From assembly GCA_951406725.2 (NCBI GenBank), contig OX597819.1:98332001-98396000 (forward strand): DNA of 64,000 nucleotides. The letters run 5' to 3'. Of this stretch, positions 14,318 to 27,413 are shown piece after piece; position 1 is the stretch's first letter, and each line of letters begins with the position of its first letter. The position numbers were made by a program, and so were the translations under genes. The notes under the pieces were generated by a model, which saw only the letters and a program-made list of their open reading frames with translations, searched no databases and was not told the DNA's origin. Origin of the DNA: Octopus vulgaris. Its lineage: Eukaryota.

Positions 14318-15017
14318 TTTCTGACATATTTCAACTTCTAAATTCACCGCCGTTACCGTGGAGAAAAGATTCTCTTTTATGGTAAAAGGTGCAAAAACAT
14401 CATATCAGTTGTGTTTCTCTCTAGCTCTTTAGCCATCCTCAATAGGAAATACCGAAGAGAGATAACTCTGGGCAGATTCAAAGACATCGCTTTATCTAAA
14501 AATGATCCAGTCACTAATGTTGGTTGTGTTTAGATAAAGCTACAGTTTTGAATCTACCTATGTTTATCCCTCTTCGATATTTCCTGCTGAGGAAAGTTAA
14601 AGAGCTAGAAACGCATCTGGGAATCCGCTAGGGAGAAGCACTAGGTAAATGTAATGTTTTACACCTTTTACCATAAGAGAGAATTTCTTCTCCATGGTAA
14701 CTGCAGTGAATTTGCCTTTCGAAGTTAAAACATGTCATAAACCGAAAGTTCATTTATTCCTCATCACTTCTTGGCGCTGATATTGCTATTTTTATTTCGA
14801 CCAGGGAATCCACGAGCGCCACTCAGTCCCAGGTGATGATTGTATTTAGATAAAACTACGGCTTTTAACCTACCTGGAGTTATCTTTCTTCAGTATTTCC
14901 CATTGAGGAAGGCTAAAGAGCCAGAAACGCGACAGGAAATTCGTTATTGGGAAGCATTGGACAAATGGGGTGTTTTATACCTTTTACTATAAGAGAGAAT
15001 TTCTTCTCCACAGTAAT
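14318..15017. mobile_element. Inverted plus tandem triplicate of a ~190-bp unit, Penelope pLTR-like, with decayed hammerhead motifs
   Basis: 14318-14500 is the inverse of 14528-14742; a third copy at 14845-15017 is direct to the second. CTGAGGA..GAAAcgcaTC at 14587-14617 and TTGAGGA-aggctaaagagcca-GAAAcgcg at 14903-14931. Related fragment near 17595-17665. Confidence 0.65.
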
Positions 15018-16219
15018 ATCAGCTTGAGTGACCTTGATTATTGGGGCGCCTTAATGCATTGGATCTTTATTCTCTCCAGCGCCACCGCGAGCGCTACATC
15101 ATTTGCACAATGTAGAGAATACACCACCAGCATTACCTAACGATCATAACATCAGATTCAGAATTTAACCAAGGTTGGGACCAACATGCCGCATGCCCCC
15201 TATACACAATTCAGGTTCATAATACATAAATTCACTACAACACAGTTTATTTTCCTCAACAGACCCTGTTCTATTTAACATTATCTCAAATAGTCCACCT
15301 GTACATGGATAAATCACAGTCAACAGCAACTCCCTGCTTGAATGGGCCATGATAACAAAATTTGTCTTTAGAATGACTTAATAGATACTTTTAGGTGGTG
15401 CTATTAAGCTAGACATGACCTGGGCCAATCTTTGGCCCAAACATATCTAAGTTATCTAAGTTAAGTTATGTATATTTATTTATGTATGTGTGACGGATGA
15501 TGTAGCATCTTTAGTCGTTTATCTAATTAAAATTGATTACGAAACAGCTATCAACTAACAGAATAAACATCTATTCTTTCACTTCACTTATCTAAGCAAT
15601 TTTTGTTCTTACTGTCCACCATTGATGTTCCTGGATTTTCACAACGACTGAGAGGTTACATCTTAGCCTTAACTACTGTTCTTCTCCATAGCCACACACC
15701 AGACCGGGAGTTTACTGTACACTTGATTCTTTGAATCCCTATTCACCCACACACATACACATAAACACACACATACACACATACACACACACACATACAC
15801 ACACATACACTCACTGCAAGTTGTCGTTATTGAAATATTTCATTTAGATACCGTGTTTTTGAAAAGTCAATACGTAGATACACATATCTGGGAAAATAGA
15901 AAAACAATGTATTCTTTCATTGTTTCATATTTAGAATACGTACGAGGCTTTAAAAAATGTGCTGGACTCGATTCATTTGACTAAAAAATTTCAAGGCGGT
16001 GTCCCAGCATGGCTGCAGTATAATGACTGAAACAAGTAAAAGATAAAAATACGAAATAGAAAATGTAAATCAACGGTTAGATTTAAAAACGAAGTCAACC
16101 ATACAATTCTACAACGAGATCAGATTTCAGGCTTAAATTAACCCCACTCGCTTCCTCCTGAACCCTAACCAATAAAAAAGTAATTGAATTCAGTCCACTT
16201 CGAGCCAAGCTGGTTGAAA

Positions 16220-16304
16220 GACCCTGAACGAAGGTTCACAGAAAATTATGCTCGGTTGCATATGCAACGGCCCAGATTCTGTGCTACGGAAACACGTGTA
16301 GGTC
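16220..16304 (+). ncRNA. Hammerhead-like motif with extended stem II
   Basis: gacc-CTGAaCGA-..cacagaa..gttgcatatgcaac..ttctgtg..-GAAA-cacgtg-TA-ggtc. Confidence 0.5.
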
Positions 16305-16406
16305 GTTGTAAGCATAAAAATATGCTGTATATCATAGTAATATAAAAGGGAAGACATTTTGAGGATGTACCAGCTTCCATATTCTCTATCGTTATAATTA
16401 TTGCAA

Positions 16407-16462
<56 letters not shown>

Positions 16463-16484
16463 ACATACGTAAGTATTATATGTA

Positions 16485-16870
16485 TATATTTCTTTATTGC
16501 CCACAAGGGGCTAAACATAGAGGAGACAAACAAGGACAGACAAACGGATTAAGTCGATTATATCGGCCCCAGTGCGTTTCAGGGGCTGGTGTAAGTTGAT
16601 TACATTGACCCAGTACTCAAATGGTACTTAATTTATTGATCCTGAAAGGATGAAAGGCAAAGTCGACCTCGGCGGAATTTGAACTCAGAACGTAACGGCA
16701 GACGAAATACCTATTTCTTACTACCCACAAGGAGCTAAACACAAAGGGGACAAACAAGGACAGACACACGGATTAAGTATTTACATCGACCCCAGTGCGT
16801 AACTGGTACTTAATTTATTGACCCCGAAAGGATGAAAAGCAAAGTCGACCTCGGCGGAATTTGAACTCAG
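16485..16870 (-). mobile_element. Same SINE family, about two tandem core units, head missing
   Basis: Repeated cccacaaggggctaaac...gaaaggatgaaaggcaaagtcgacctcggcggaatttgaactcag. Confidence 0.85.
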
Positions 16871-16986
16871 TGCATAAATAATAAGCTACTTATAAATTGG
16901 GCCAGATATTTCGTGGGATACACCGACAAATTATTTTCATTGAATTCTGGTTAGATTCTGTGTACGTAAGACAGATATTAGAAACA

Positions 16987-17014
<28 letters not shown>

Positions 17015-17017
<3 letters not shown>

Positions 17018-17505
17018 CAAACACCACCACCACCAACGCCGTCACTATCACCACCACCATCACCACACGCACCGCCACCACCACCACCACTGCCACGATA
17101 AATACTTTCACGAGCCAACGATGACACCATATTGCTTCCTATAAAGAAACGGAACCATTAAATTCACTGATCAATTTTGATTCAGAGCTGAATCGAAATG
17201 AGAGATTCATGCCAACTATTGTTGAATGTGACCACGCATGAGTAAGTAACCCTTACGGAACGGAACTCTTTTGTGCATAGAAGCACACGTACGCACACCA
17301 TCACCACCACCAACGCCATCATTGTTACCACCATCACCACCACCACCAATACCGCCGCCGCCATTATCACCAACGCCACCACCACCACCACTGTGACACC
17401 ATATTGCTTCCACCAGCTGGCCATTACACCATGTTGCTTCGTACAAAGAAATGCAACCATTAAATCCACTGATCAATTTTGATTCAGCGTTCGATCGAAT
17501 CAAAA
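17015..17505. repeat. Direct duplication with (CAC)n-rich unit
   Basis: acaccatattgcttcc...accattaaat.cactgatcaattttgattcag at ~17124-17190 and ~17396-17490. Confidence 0.75.
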
Positions 17506-17507
17506 TT

Positions 17508-17549
<42 letters not shown>

Positions 17550-18022
17550 GTGAGTGTGTGTGTGCGTGCGTGCGTGCGTGTGTGTGTGTCGGCGAGATGT
17601 ACCTAAGAGAGGCAACTCTGAACGAACTTAAAGCCTTAGCTTTATATATAATTCAGTCAACACGTTGACAAATTTGCGCTAGTAGATGACCCGATCAAGG
17701 TGAATAACGAATCATTGGCGCAAAGCAGTGTTTAGGTATGAGCAGAATTTAGGTTAGTTGAAATATGTTTGTCACATATTAAAAAAAAAATGGATACACA
17801 CCAAATTTGAAAGGAACATCCCATACAGCATAGCAAGACGTATTGTACTATTCCCCTTTTACAAATGTTCAAGAGATGACCCAAAATTCCGAAAAGCAAT
17901 GGTGCTACATCAAAACATTTTCTCCAAAATTAAATGTTTGAAAGAGAAGCAGAAGAACAACATTTTTATTATTATTTTTTAATAGTAATGATGATGGATG
18001 AAAAGAAAACATTTATATTATA

Positions 18023-19280
18023 TTGGGTTGTCCGGAAAGTTCGTGCCTATTTATAGTAGGTTACCTTTCGACTTATTTTAGAACATGGTTGAGTCCATAA
18101 AATAGGATTTGACTACACCTCCATTTAGAGCGCAGTTTAAACTATCTTTTCGTGGAAGAAGGTTTATGTTCCTACAACCTCTGTTAATTCCGTAACCCTT
18201 TAAAATGGAAGATAAGAAAGTTCATTTTCGGCACTTGATGCTTTTCTTTTTCTGTAAAGGGAAAAATGCCTCACAAGCAACAAAAGAAATATGCAGTTTA
18301 CGGTGATGTTTCTTTATCCGAAAGAACTGTACGGAAGTGGTTCACAAGGTTCCGAGCTGGAGATTGTAGCCTTATTGATGAAGAGCGATCAGGCAGACCA
18401 TCCACAAGTCATTAATTGAGAATAATCCACATTGTACAACCCGACAATTGGCAGAAAGCCTCATCCTATCAAAATCCGTCGTTCATGAGCACCTGATAAA
18501 GCTTGTGTTCACAAATCGTTACGATGTTTGGGTATCACATGAGTTGAGTGAGAAGAACCTTTTGGATCGCGTTTCCATCAGTGATTCGCTTTATAAACGG
18601 AATGAAAACACGCCTTTCTTAAAGCAAATTGTGAAAGGTGATAAGAAATGGATTATCTACCGAAAAGTTCAGAGAAAGTAATCCTGGAGTAAGCGACATG
18701 AGCCACCGTTAGCCACCCCAAAAGTAGGTCTTCACCCTAAAATGTCTCGCTTTGTGTCTGGTGGGATTGGAAAGGAATTCTGTACTATGAGCTTCTCCCA
18801 AGTAACCAGACAATTAAGAGAAATACTGCACACGAATGGACGAGTTAAAAGCAGCAATTCAAGAGAAACGTCCAGAATTGGCCAACAGGAAGGGTGTTGT
18901 TTTCTAACATGATAATGCAAGACCGCACGTTTCTTTGGGAACCAGACAAAAATTGCTGCAGCTCAGCTGGGACGTGTTACCCCACCCTCCATATTCACCA
19001 AATATTGCTGCTTCGGATCTCCACTTATTCAGATCTCTGCAGAATAGTCTTAATGGTAAAAATTTCAATTCTTTGGATGACGTAAAAAGATACCTTGATG
19101 AATTCTTTGCCATGAAACCACCTCAATACTGGGAGGAGAGTATTTTCAAGTTAAAGGAAAGATGAAGACGTATTGTGCAACAAAATGGTTCATATTTGGT
19201 TGATTAAAAATATAATGGCAAGTATTTATTGACCTTTTTCTTTCCATTAAAAATCGGCACGAACTTTCCGGACAACCCAA
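18023..19280 (+). mobile_element. Full-length degenerate mariner (mellifera-subfamily-like, D,D34D)
   Basis: TIRs TTGGGTTGTCCGGAAAGTTCGTGCC at both ends; TA TSD. Transposase from ATG 18205 (MEDKKVHFRHL..KGKNASQA; WVSHEL; GDKKW; HDNARPH; PYSPNIAASD) with frameshifts and stops. Confidence 0.93.
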
Positions 19281-19337
19281 TACTATTACTGTTGTTTCTG
19301 AATGTGTCTCCAATGTTAATAACATGATACTCATATC

Positions 19338-19393
<56 letters not shown>

Positions 19394-19400
19394 CATACAT

Positions 19401-19437
<37 letters not shown>

Positions 19438-19623
19438 TATATATATATATAAATATATATATATATAGTTGAAGTGTGTTTTTGACAACTGTTATTCTTA
19501 TAGAACTTTCATATACCAGAGAAAGAATACTAGAACAATTTTACCACTCATTAAGAGAGGCATCTAATCTAGCTGCTTAGAAAAGTAATAATAAATAATT
19601 ATCCAAAACTAAAATTCTCTCTC

Positions 19624-19857
<234 letters not shown>

Positions 19858-19953
19858 AAGTTAAGTTAATCCAAACGAGAAATCACAAAAAAACACAACA
19901 ACGCGAGGACGTGGAACAAATATAGTATTATTGGACACTCAGAAAAGAAGGAC

Positions 19954-19990
19954 TGTTTAACGTTTCGAGCGGAGCTCTTCGTCGGAAACA
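19954..19990 (-). ncRNA. Minimal hammerhead-like motif in a (TA)n-flanked repeat (19858-20060)
   Basis: Minus strand tgttt-CCGACGA-a-gagc-tcc-gctc-GAAA-cg-TT-aaaca. Confidence 0.55.
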
Positions 19991-20071
19991 TAGGAGAAGG
20001 AAAGATCCAGAGAAGGGAAGACAGAGGAAAAAAATCGCCAACGGTACACACGCGGTCATATATATATATAA

Positions 20072-20960
20072 TCTGATTATAAAATATAGTGTCTTTCAAA
20101 AACATCCTAAATTTGAATACTATATCTCGTGTTTAAGAAAAAAAATATTTTACATTTTTATTTTTGGTGAACGCTCTCACTTACTCTCCCTCACACACAC
20201 ATACATACATCAACACAACTTCTCTCTCTCCCTTACACACACACACACACGCGCGCATTTTCACTTCGCTATGGCAAGAAGGGACTTAACTCACACAACA
20301 ATTAAAATATATTTATTTTAAATCATTTATTTATTTTAAATCGTTCATCTTTCTCCCCACTCCTTTCTCACACACAAGCATTACTTTGGGCGTGAAAGAG
20401 TTTTGTTTTTATTTTACGCCGAGGAAAAAAGTGTTTTGTTGAGAATCCATTTATTTAACAACATAGAAACAAAGAGGTAGGTAACAATTCGTCAGTGAAT
20501 TACACAATATAAATGGGTAAAATTTCCGAGGCTCCACCACACCCCACCCTGTTTCTTGGACGACAAAAAGGGTTTTGTAGCATATTAGGAGGCCAGGGTA
20601 GTTGATTCCACGCAAAAAATCCAATTTTTTTTTTCTTAGGGAAAATCGTGCAAGTGTTATCTAAAAATTTGCCTGGTGTTTTCCATGGTAAATTTGAGAT
20701 TTAAAAAGAAATGTTTTCCATATTCTTAATCTCCGTATTTTTCCACGTACATTGAAAAATAGATGGTGAAAAGATCAATGGGTATGGGGAGTAAAACTTC
20801 CGAGGCTTCCACCACACCCCCACCTCGTTTTGTAGCATATTAGGAGGCCAGGGTAGTTGATTCCACGCAAAAAATCCGACTTTCTTTTTTTAATGAAAAT
20901 CATGCAAGTGTAAATCTAAAAATTTAATCTAAAATTTTTTTTCCATTCATTTCTGTTTAT
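20072..20960 (+). repeat. Probable Helitron 5' non-coding region with an internal direct duplication (about 20520-20680 and 20795-20925)
   Basis: A|TC-like start after (TA)n. Duplicated block ttccgaggct..ccacacccc..ttttgtagcatattaggaggccagggtagttgattccacgc. Adjacent to the helicase fragment. Confidence 0.5.
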
Positions 20961-20989
20961 GAAATTCTCTGTACGTAATTTTGCTTTCT

Positions 20990-22475
20990 CTGTGGTCAAG
21001 GCAAATGATGACTGGCAAAGCAACAGTGCCCTAATGCTGACATTTGATACAATGACCTGATCTACAATAATGCGCTGATTGAACTCGAGGATAGCCTGCT
21101 CAAAATGGGTGGGACAGCGTTGAACACATTCGGTTTGCCATCCTCATTGCGACAGAACGTTAACACACACTCACTTCTGGAGTTGTCGTACTTCTGGATG
21201 GCCTTGCAAAGTACCTGAGAGTAAATGAACCGAAATTGCTTCCTGATCAGAGGCTAGTGTACGAAACTGTCGTCAATGCCGTTGAAAAACAAGTGGGCGG
21301 CATTTTTTCCTCGATGCTGCTAGAGGTACCGGCAAACCCTTTGTAACACAATTAATACTTGCTAAGATTCGTCGCGAGAAACAAATTGCACTAGCCGTTG
21401 CTTCCTCGGGAATCGCTGCTACGTTATTGCTTGGAGGTAGAACGGCGCTCTCGGCATTCAAACTGCCTTTACATTTGGTGAAGGCCGAGGTTCCTACTTA
21501 CAACATTGGCAAAAATTCAGAGGAAGCTGAAGTTCTTAGACAGTGCCGTCTCACTGTATGGGACGAATGCATAATGACCAATAAGGGTGCCCCTGAGGCA
21601 CTGGACCGGTCACTGAAAGGTATCAGGGATTCTACAGCTTCTATGGGTGGTGTAACTCTATTGCTTTCAGGAGATTTCCGGCAAACCCTTTATGTCATCC
21701 CTAAAGGGAGCCAGGCTGATGAAGTGCGCGCATGCCTTGTCATCCACGTTGTGGCCCCAGGTTACGACCTTAAGCTTAAGTACAATCATGCGTGCGCACT
21801 TGCTTGGTGATAGCACGTCTGCAGCATTTGCTGAAGACATTTTAGCCCTTGGAGAAGGCAAGGTCCCCAGGAATGATAGAGGCGACATATCCATCTCTGA
21901 ACTGCGCAACACCATGGACAACCATTCCGATCTTTTGGAAACAGGATTCCCCAGTCTGGAAAGTAATTATGAAGACATCAATTTGCTCAGTGAAAGAACC
22001 ATCCTGGCTCCCAAAAACGTAGCTGTCAGTGCTATTAATGACCAGCCCATAAGCCGAATTCCGGGTGAGGAGCGCATCTACAAATCGATTGATCGGACCT
22101 CTAACCCCCAAGACATTGTCAATTACCTTATCGAGTTTCTCAACTCATTGGAGCCAGCAGGGCTTCCACCTCACATTCTTATGCTAAGAGTTGGATGCCC
22201 AATTATGCTAATCAGAAACTTGCTTCCGTCTAAACAGTGCAACGAGACCCGCTTAGTAATCAAGTTCCTGACGCCCCACTTGATTGGGGCCACCATTGTT
22301 ACAGGATGCGGGAGGGGTGAAAATGCTTTCATTTCAAGGATGCAGCTTTATCCCTCGGGGTCAGACATGCCGTTTAACTTCCGCAGATCGCAGTTCAAAG
22401 TGAGACCATGCTTCGCCATGTCCATCAACAAATCCCAAGGCCAAACACTATCGGTGGTAGGGATCCACTTGGGGT
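20990..22475 (+). mobile_element. Helitron RepHel fragment (PIF1-like helicase), frameshifted
   Basis: Motifs FLDAARGTGK, VASSGIAATLLLGGRT, WDEC, LSGDFRQTL, PIMLIRNL and FAMSINKSQGQTL across ORFs 21427-21810 and 21692-22495. Confidence 0.9.
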
Positions 22476-22479
22476 TTTC

Positions 22480-22840
22480 CATTCAATCAGGATAAAAAAT
22501 TGATAAACCGATTCCTTATAGAATTTCCCACTAAAATTAGCTACACCCCATTTTCAACCATAACTTTTACCAATTTCGACATATTTTGCTCAGACTTGAT
22601 GCCAGCATTACTTAGGACTCATGGGATTTTCTGCAAACAAAATACATAAAAATGCTACACGTTTGCAGGACGTTACCGTATACATTTTTACAAACCAAAG
22701 ACGTTATATAGACCTCCTTGACTCAAGTTAGAGAAGGGGTGCGTATTATACACAAGGTTTAGGTTTTTCAGAGGTACAGCCCACTAAAAATCTCCTGCGT
22801 ATTATACTCAAGGGCGGACTATACTCGAGGGTTTACGGTA
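22480..22840. mobile_element. Terminal fragment of a pogo/Tc1-like DNA element truncating the Helitron
   Basis: Ends in gcgtattatactc...ctatactcgagggtttacggTA, a TACCGTAAA-type TIR. Confidence 0.55.
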
Positions 22841-23591
22841 AACATGAAAAACTAAATAGAATAATTTACACCATCATTACCTTGGCCGTCATTACTATCA
22901 CCATCGCAACCATTACCACAGCCATATTACCACAATCACTTTCACCACCACCATCACAGAAGGAGCTTCAACGTGGTCGTACAACATGCTGGAAACAACA
23001 GCTAAGTATTGTTCAACTCGGCTTAAAAAGGAAAGACACATCGGATTAATATGCTCCTGAAGACACTATGACTAACAATGAGACACGATAGTCGTGGCTG
23101 GAATATCTTTGGTAGTAGACCTGCTTAATCAGGACCGACTAGGCGCTAAACTAATACTGATATTATATCTTAACCATTTATATAGAAATAAGCACCATGA
23201 GAATCACCGCAATTAGTACATTCACCACCACCGCCGCCGCCGCCGCCGCCACCACCACCGCCACCATCATCATCATCATCATCGTCGTTGTCGTTGTCAT
23301 CATAATCTTCATCATCGTTATCCTCTTTACGTCTGTTTCGATCACCGCCTCTTTCCTCACCATCTCAACCATCATCAAATATCACCACCAACACCAGCAT
23401 CGCCATCACCACCATCACCATCAATACCAACACCACCACTACAACCATAACTACCATCACCCATCAACACCACCATCACCACCGTCACCATCATCTCCAA
23501 CCCCTTCACCACTAACACCACCATTCAAAACAACAGCATTATCATCATTACCATCACCGCCACCAACACCATCACTTCCATCGCCATTACC

Positions 23592-23623
<32 letters not shown>

Positions 23624-24094
23624 CAGTTCCACAACAACCATTACTACAATCACCACCACCACCACCACCACTACCACCACCACCACCACCAACGTCGCCT
23701 TGACAATAACAATAACAACGACAACATATCTACGAAACACTGTCTGCTCAGTCATTGACAACTCAGAATTTTGTTTTTGCTGGGATTCTTTTTTTTACAA
23801 TTTAAGCCGTCTCACTCTCCACACGCGCGCGCTTATACACAGGCATGGCCACGAATACATATTGACACTCTGCCCTGCCTTTTCGTCATCCACCCCCCAC
23901 CCCCACCATTGGCTTTTTTTGTCATTTCCGTCAGATACCAGTCCTACTTGTGAGCTTGTCCCGCCATCTTATAATAATTAAAAACAGCGATCAGTATCTA
24001 TCCCTGCCACCACATACATACATACATACACACATACATACATACATACATACATACATATTAATATATATGCAATCATACATATATATATATA

Positions 24095-24174
<80 letters not shown>

Positions 24175-24816
24175 TATATATATATGTGTGTGTGTGTATA
24201 CACACACACGTGTATATCTGTATAAATATATATACATACGTACATATGTACTTACAAAAACTCACAAACATGTATAAAACACACTCAGACATACACATGC
24301 ACACACACACACACACACACGCACACACACGCGCACACACATACGCACACACACACACATATATACATGTACACACACACATATATAAATGTACACACAT
24401 ATATATACATGTACACACACACACATATATACATACATATATATAAATACATGCATACATATAGATATAAATATATATATATATATATATACATAAATGT
24501 GTATGTGTGTGTGTGTGCATGTGTGTTGTGAACGGACGCATAGTCAAGCGATGATGGTTGCACAAAAGCCCACCAATGTTGTGTCTTTCAAGTGTTTGGC
24601 CGTATTCTGCTTTGTGGTTGATTATGATGTTATTGTGGGGTGACGTATTCATGTTTTCCCCCCGACACTTCATGTCACTTCGTCCTCTCGTTTGCCCCTC
24701 CCCCCTCTCTCCACGTCACCAAGCTGAAAGGGACAGCTTGGCTATCGAACTCGCTTTGTTCGAATTGTTTTGTTAAGCTTATTCATTTTTTTATGCACAC
24801 ACACACGCACACACAA

Positions 24817-24839
<23 letters not shown>

Positions 24840-24848
<9 letters not shown>

Positions 24849-24872
24849 GTATGTGTGTGTGTGTTGTGTGTA

Positions 24873-24920
<48 letters not shown>

Positions 24921-25013
24921 TATATATATATTGTTGTTGTTATTCTTTTTATGTGTGAGGGTATAAACAAACTATGTGTGTGTGTATTGTGTGTATATAT
25001 GTGTGTGGATATA

Positions 25014-25079
<66 letters not shown>

Positions 25080-25130
25080 TATATATATTGTTGTTGTTAT
25101 TCTTTTTATGTGTGAGGGTATAAACAAACT
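24840..25130. repeat. Tandem duplication of a ~160-bp microsatellite-rich unit
   Basis: ttgttgttgttattctttttatgtgtgagggtataaacaaacta occurs twice. Confidence 0.8.
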
Positions 25131-25448
25131 AACGCTTGTGTGTGTGTGTGTGTATGTATCTGTGAGTGTGTCTATATGTAGTCGTATATATGTGCGGGGC
25201 TGTGTATTGTGTATATATGTGTTGTTTCGTTCGTTCTTGAAGTGGTTTGCTTTTCAATTTTTTTTTATTATTCTTTCTGTTGTTTTCCTCTTTATTTATT
25301 TTTTAAAGATTGATTTTTTTTTTTCATCCTTCTAATTCCTTCATGGATGGCACACGATCGATGGAAGATGATGATGATGATGATGAAGAAGAAGTAGAAA
25401 TAGAAGAAGAAGAAGAAGAAGAAGAAGAAGAAGAAGAAGAAGAAGAAG

Positions 25449-25480
<32 letters not shown>

Positions 25481-25500
25481 GGACGAGGAAGATGAGGATG

Positions 25501-25540
<40 letters not shown>

Positions 25541-26339
25541 GGAGGAGGAGGAGGAGGAGGAGGAGGAATGAAGTGAATTGAGAGTTAAACTGATTAAGAA
25601 AATGCAAGCTAGGAAGAGACTTGGAGAGAAACTGTAGGACGGAGGGAGAGAAAAGTGAGAGTGGAGTGGATGAGAGGAGATGGAGGGGGAAAAAAGAAAG
25701 AAAGAAAGAAAGAAAGAAAGAAGAAAAGAAAGAATGAATGAATGAATGAAAAGGGGGGTCATGGTGGAATGATAATGGATAGAGAGGAAAAACAAGCGCA
25801 TCAGAATTAAGTTTCTGTTGGCATGTGCGTGTATGTTTAGATAATTGTTCTGCAGGAGTGATGAGGACCATCAAGCCATCTTGAAGGATGACGAGTGACG
25901 TGCGCGGTGACTTTGTTTAAAGTGGAGTTGCGCGCCGTTAAACTCACTCTCTCTCTCGTCCGTGACCATCTTCAGTCCAGTGGAAAGACCAGATGAAGAG
26001 GACTTGGTATGGAGACGGACGAGGTGGATGACCAAGATGTCTTGTCTTGCCTTTGCTCTCTACACCCCATAATGAGTTGCCGCTGCCCACCTCCTCTTCC
26101 ATGAAGGTTTCTTCCGCAAAGTCCACCAGATCTAGTCTTCTTAAAGATACCTACATACATACACCCTTTTTGGGGTTTAATCTTCCCTGTAATTTGTATG
26201 TATGTATGTATGTATGTATGTATGTATGTATGTATGTATGTATGTATGTATGTATGTATGTGCATGTGCGTATACATGCATTATTAGTTGAAAGAAGAGA
26301 AGCAGTGCTCATGGTTTTCCTTTTTATTTCGTTTTCTAC

Positions 26340-26567
26340 CACTAATATAGATTTCAAATTTTGGCACAGCGCCAGCAATTTCAGTTATCAGGTAAGTCGA
26401 TTACATCGACTCCCGTTCTCAATTGGATGGTACTTATTTTATTGGCCTCGAAAGGATGAAATGCAAAGTCGACCTTGGCGGAATTTAAACTCAGTACGAA
26501 AAGACAGACGAAATGCCACTCAGCATTTTTCCCGGCCTGCTAACGATTCTGCCCGTTCTCCGCCTTG
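26340..26567 (-). mobile_element. Same SINE family. Older copies at ~12300-12515, 26900-27070, 29140-29280, 29500-29690, 39075-39290, 61755-61960 and 63765-63940.
   Basis: Shared head and core sequence. Confidence 0.75.
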
Positions 26568-27413
26568 TAATTATAATATGTAATTAAAACACCGCTTCAA
26601 ACTCTGCTCTTCCATTAACTTGCCACTCTTCCTTTCTTACTATTTGATTCTTTAAGGATTTTGCCTCTTTTTTTTTTCTCTTTCATCTTGTCTAGTTTGT
26701 CCACATAAATTCATGATCATTTGTTCTTTGCTCTTCGAACCCATACGCCTTAGCAATTGAGCTCCTTTTGAGATTCACAGCCAGACCTTTTAAAATGTCC
26801 TTCAGGAGGTATTGATGTACCTGTATTTCCACTAAAATACGTAAATAATATTTAAAACCCTGTTTAATTAATGTGACCATACTCAGGATATACTTACAAA
26901 CTATATAGGTATGTATTCTGAGTTCAAATCCTGCATTCTGAGTTCAAATCCTTCCAGGCTTAGTTTTGCTTTTTATCTTCCCGGGATGATTAAATAAGCG
27001 CTAACCAAGTACTGGTATCAATCTGATTATATCCCATCAAATGTATGTGTGACTTTGTGCCTATATAAAAAATTACATTAGTGAACAGACAAAATGTATC
27101 GGAGATGAAACCAGTTGACCTTCACTAACTTCAGGTCAGTGATTTCAAAACTCACTTACATATTTAAGATTAGTTAAAATATTTGAGTTACAGAGTTGTG
27201 TTCCTAATCAAAAGTATGCCTCAACAATATTCCAGTAGAATGAAGCTATTTACGAAACTAGGAGATAAATGATTCAGTTCTCAGTTCTTTGTTAACTAAT
27301 TACGAAAATAATTAATTCTTCAATATTTGTCGTTCAAGTTTTTGAGATACAAGGTTATGTATTTCTTTTGAATGCCTTAAATAAGCTATGAATATTGTAT
27401 AATACTATAAAGT

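Noticed and set aside
21427-22495. Host PIF1 helicase gene
   Set aside because: Intronless, frameshifted, truncated and Helitron-type in motif context.
23197-23703. His/Pro-rich 168-aa ORF
   Set aside because: Degenerate (CAC/CAT/CCA)n repeat; no splice context or domain.
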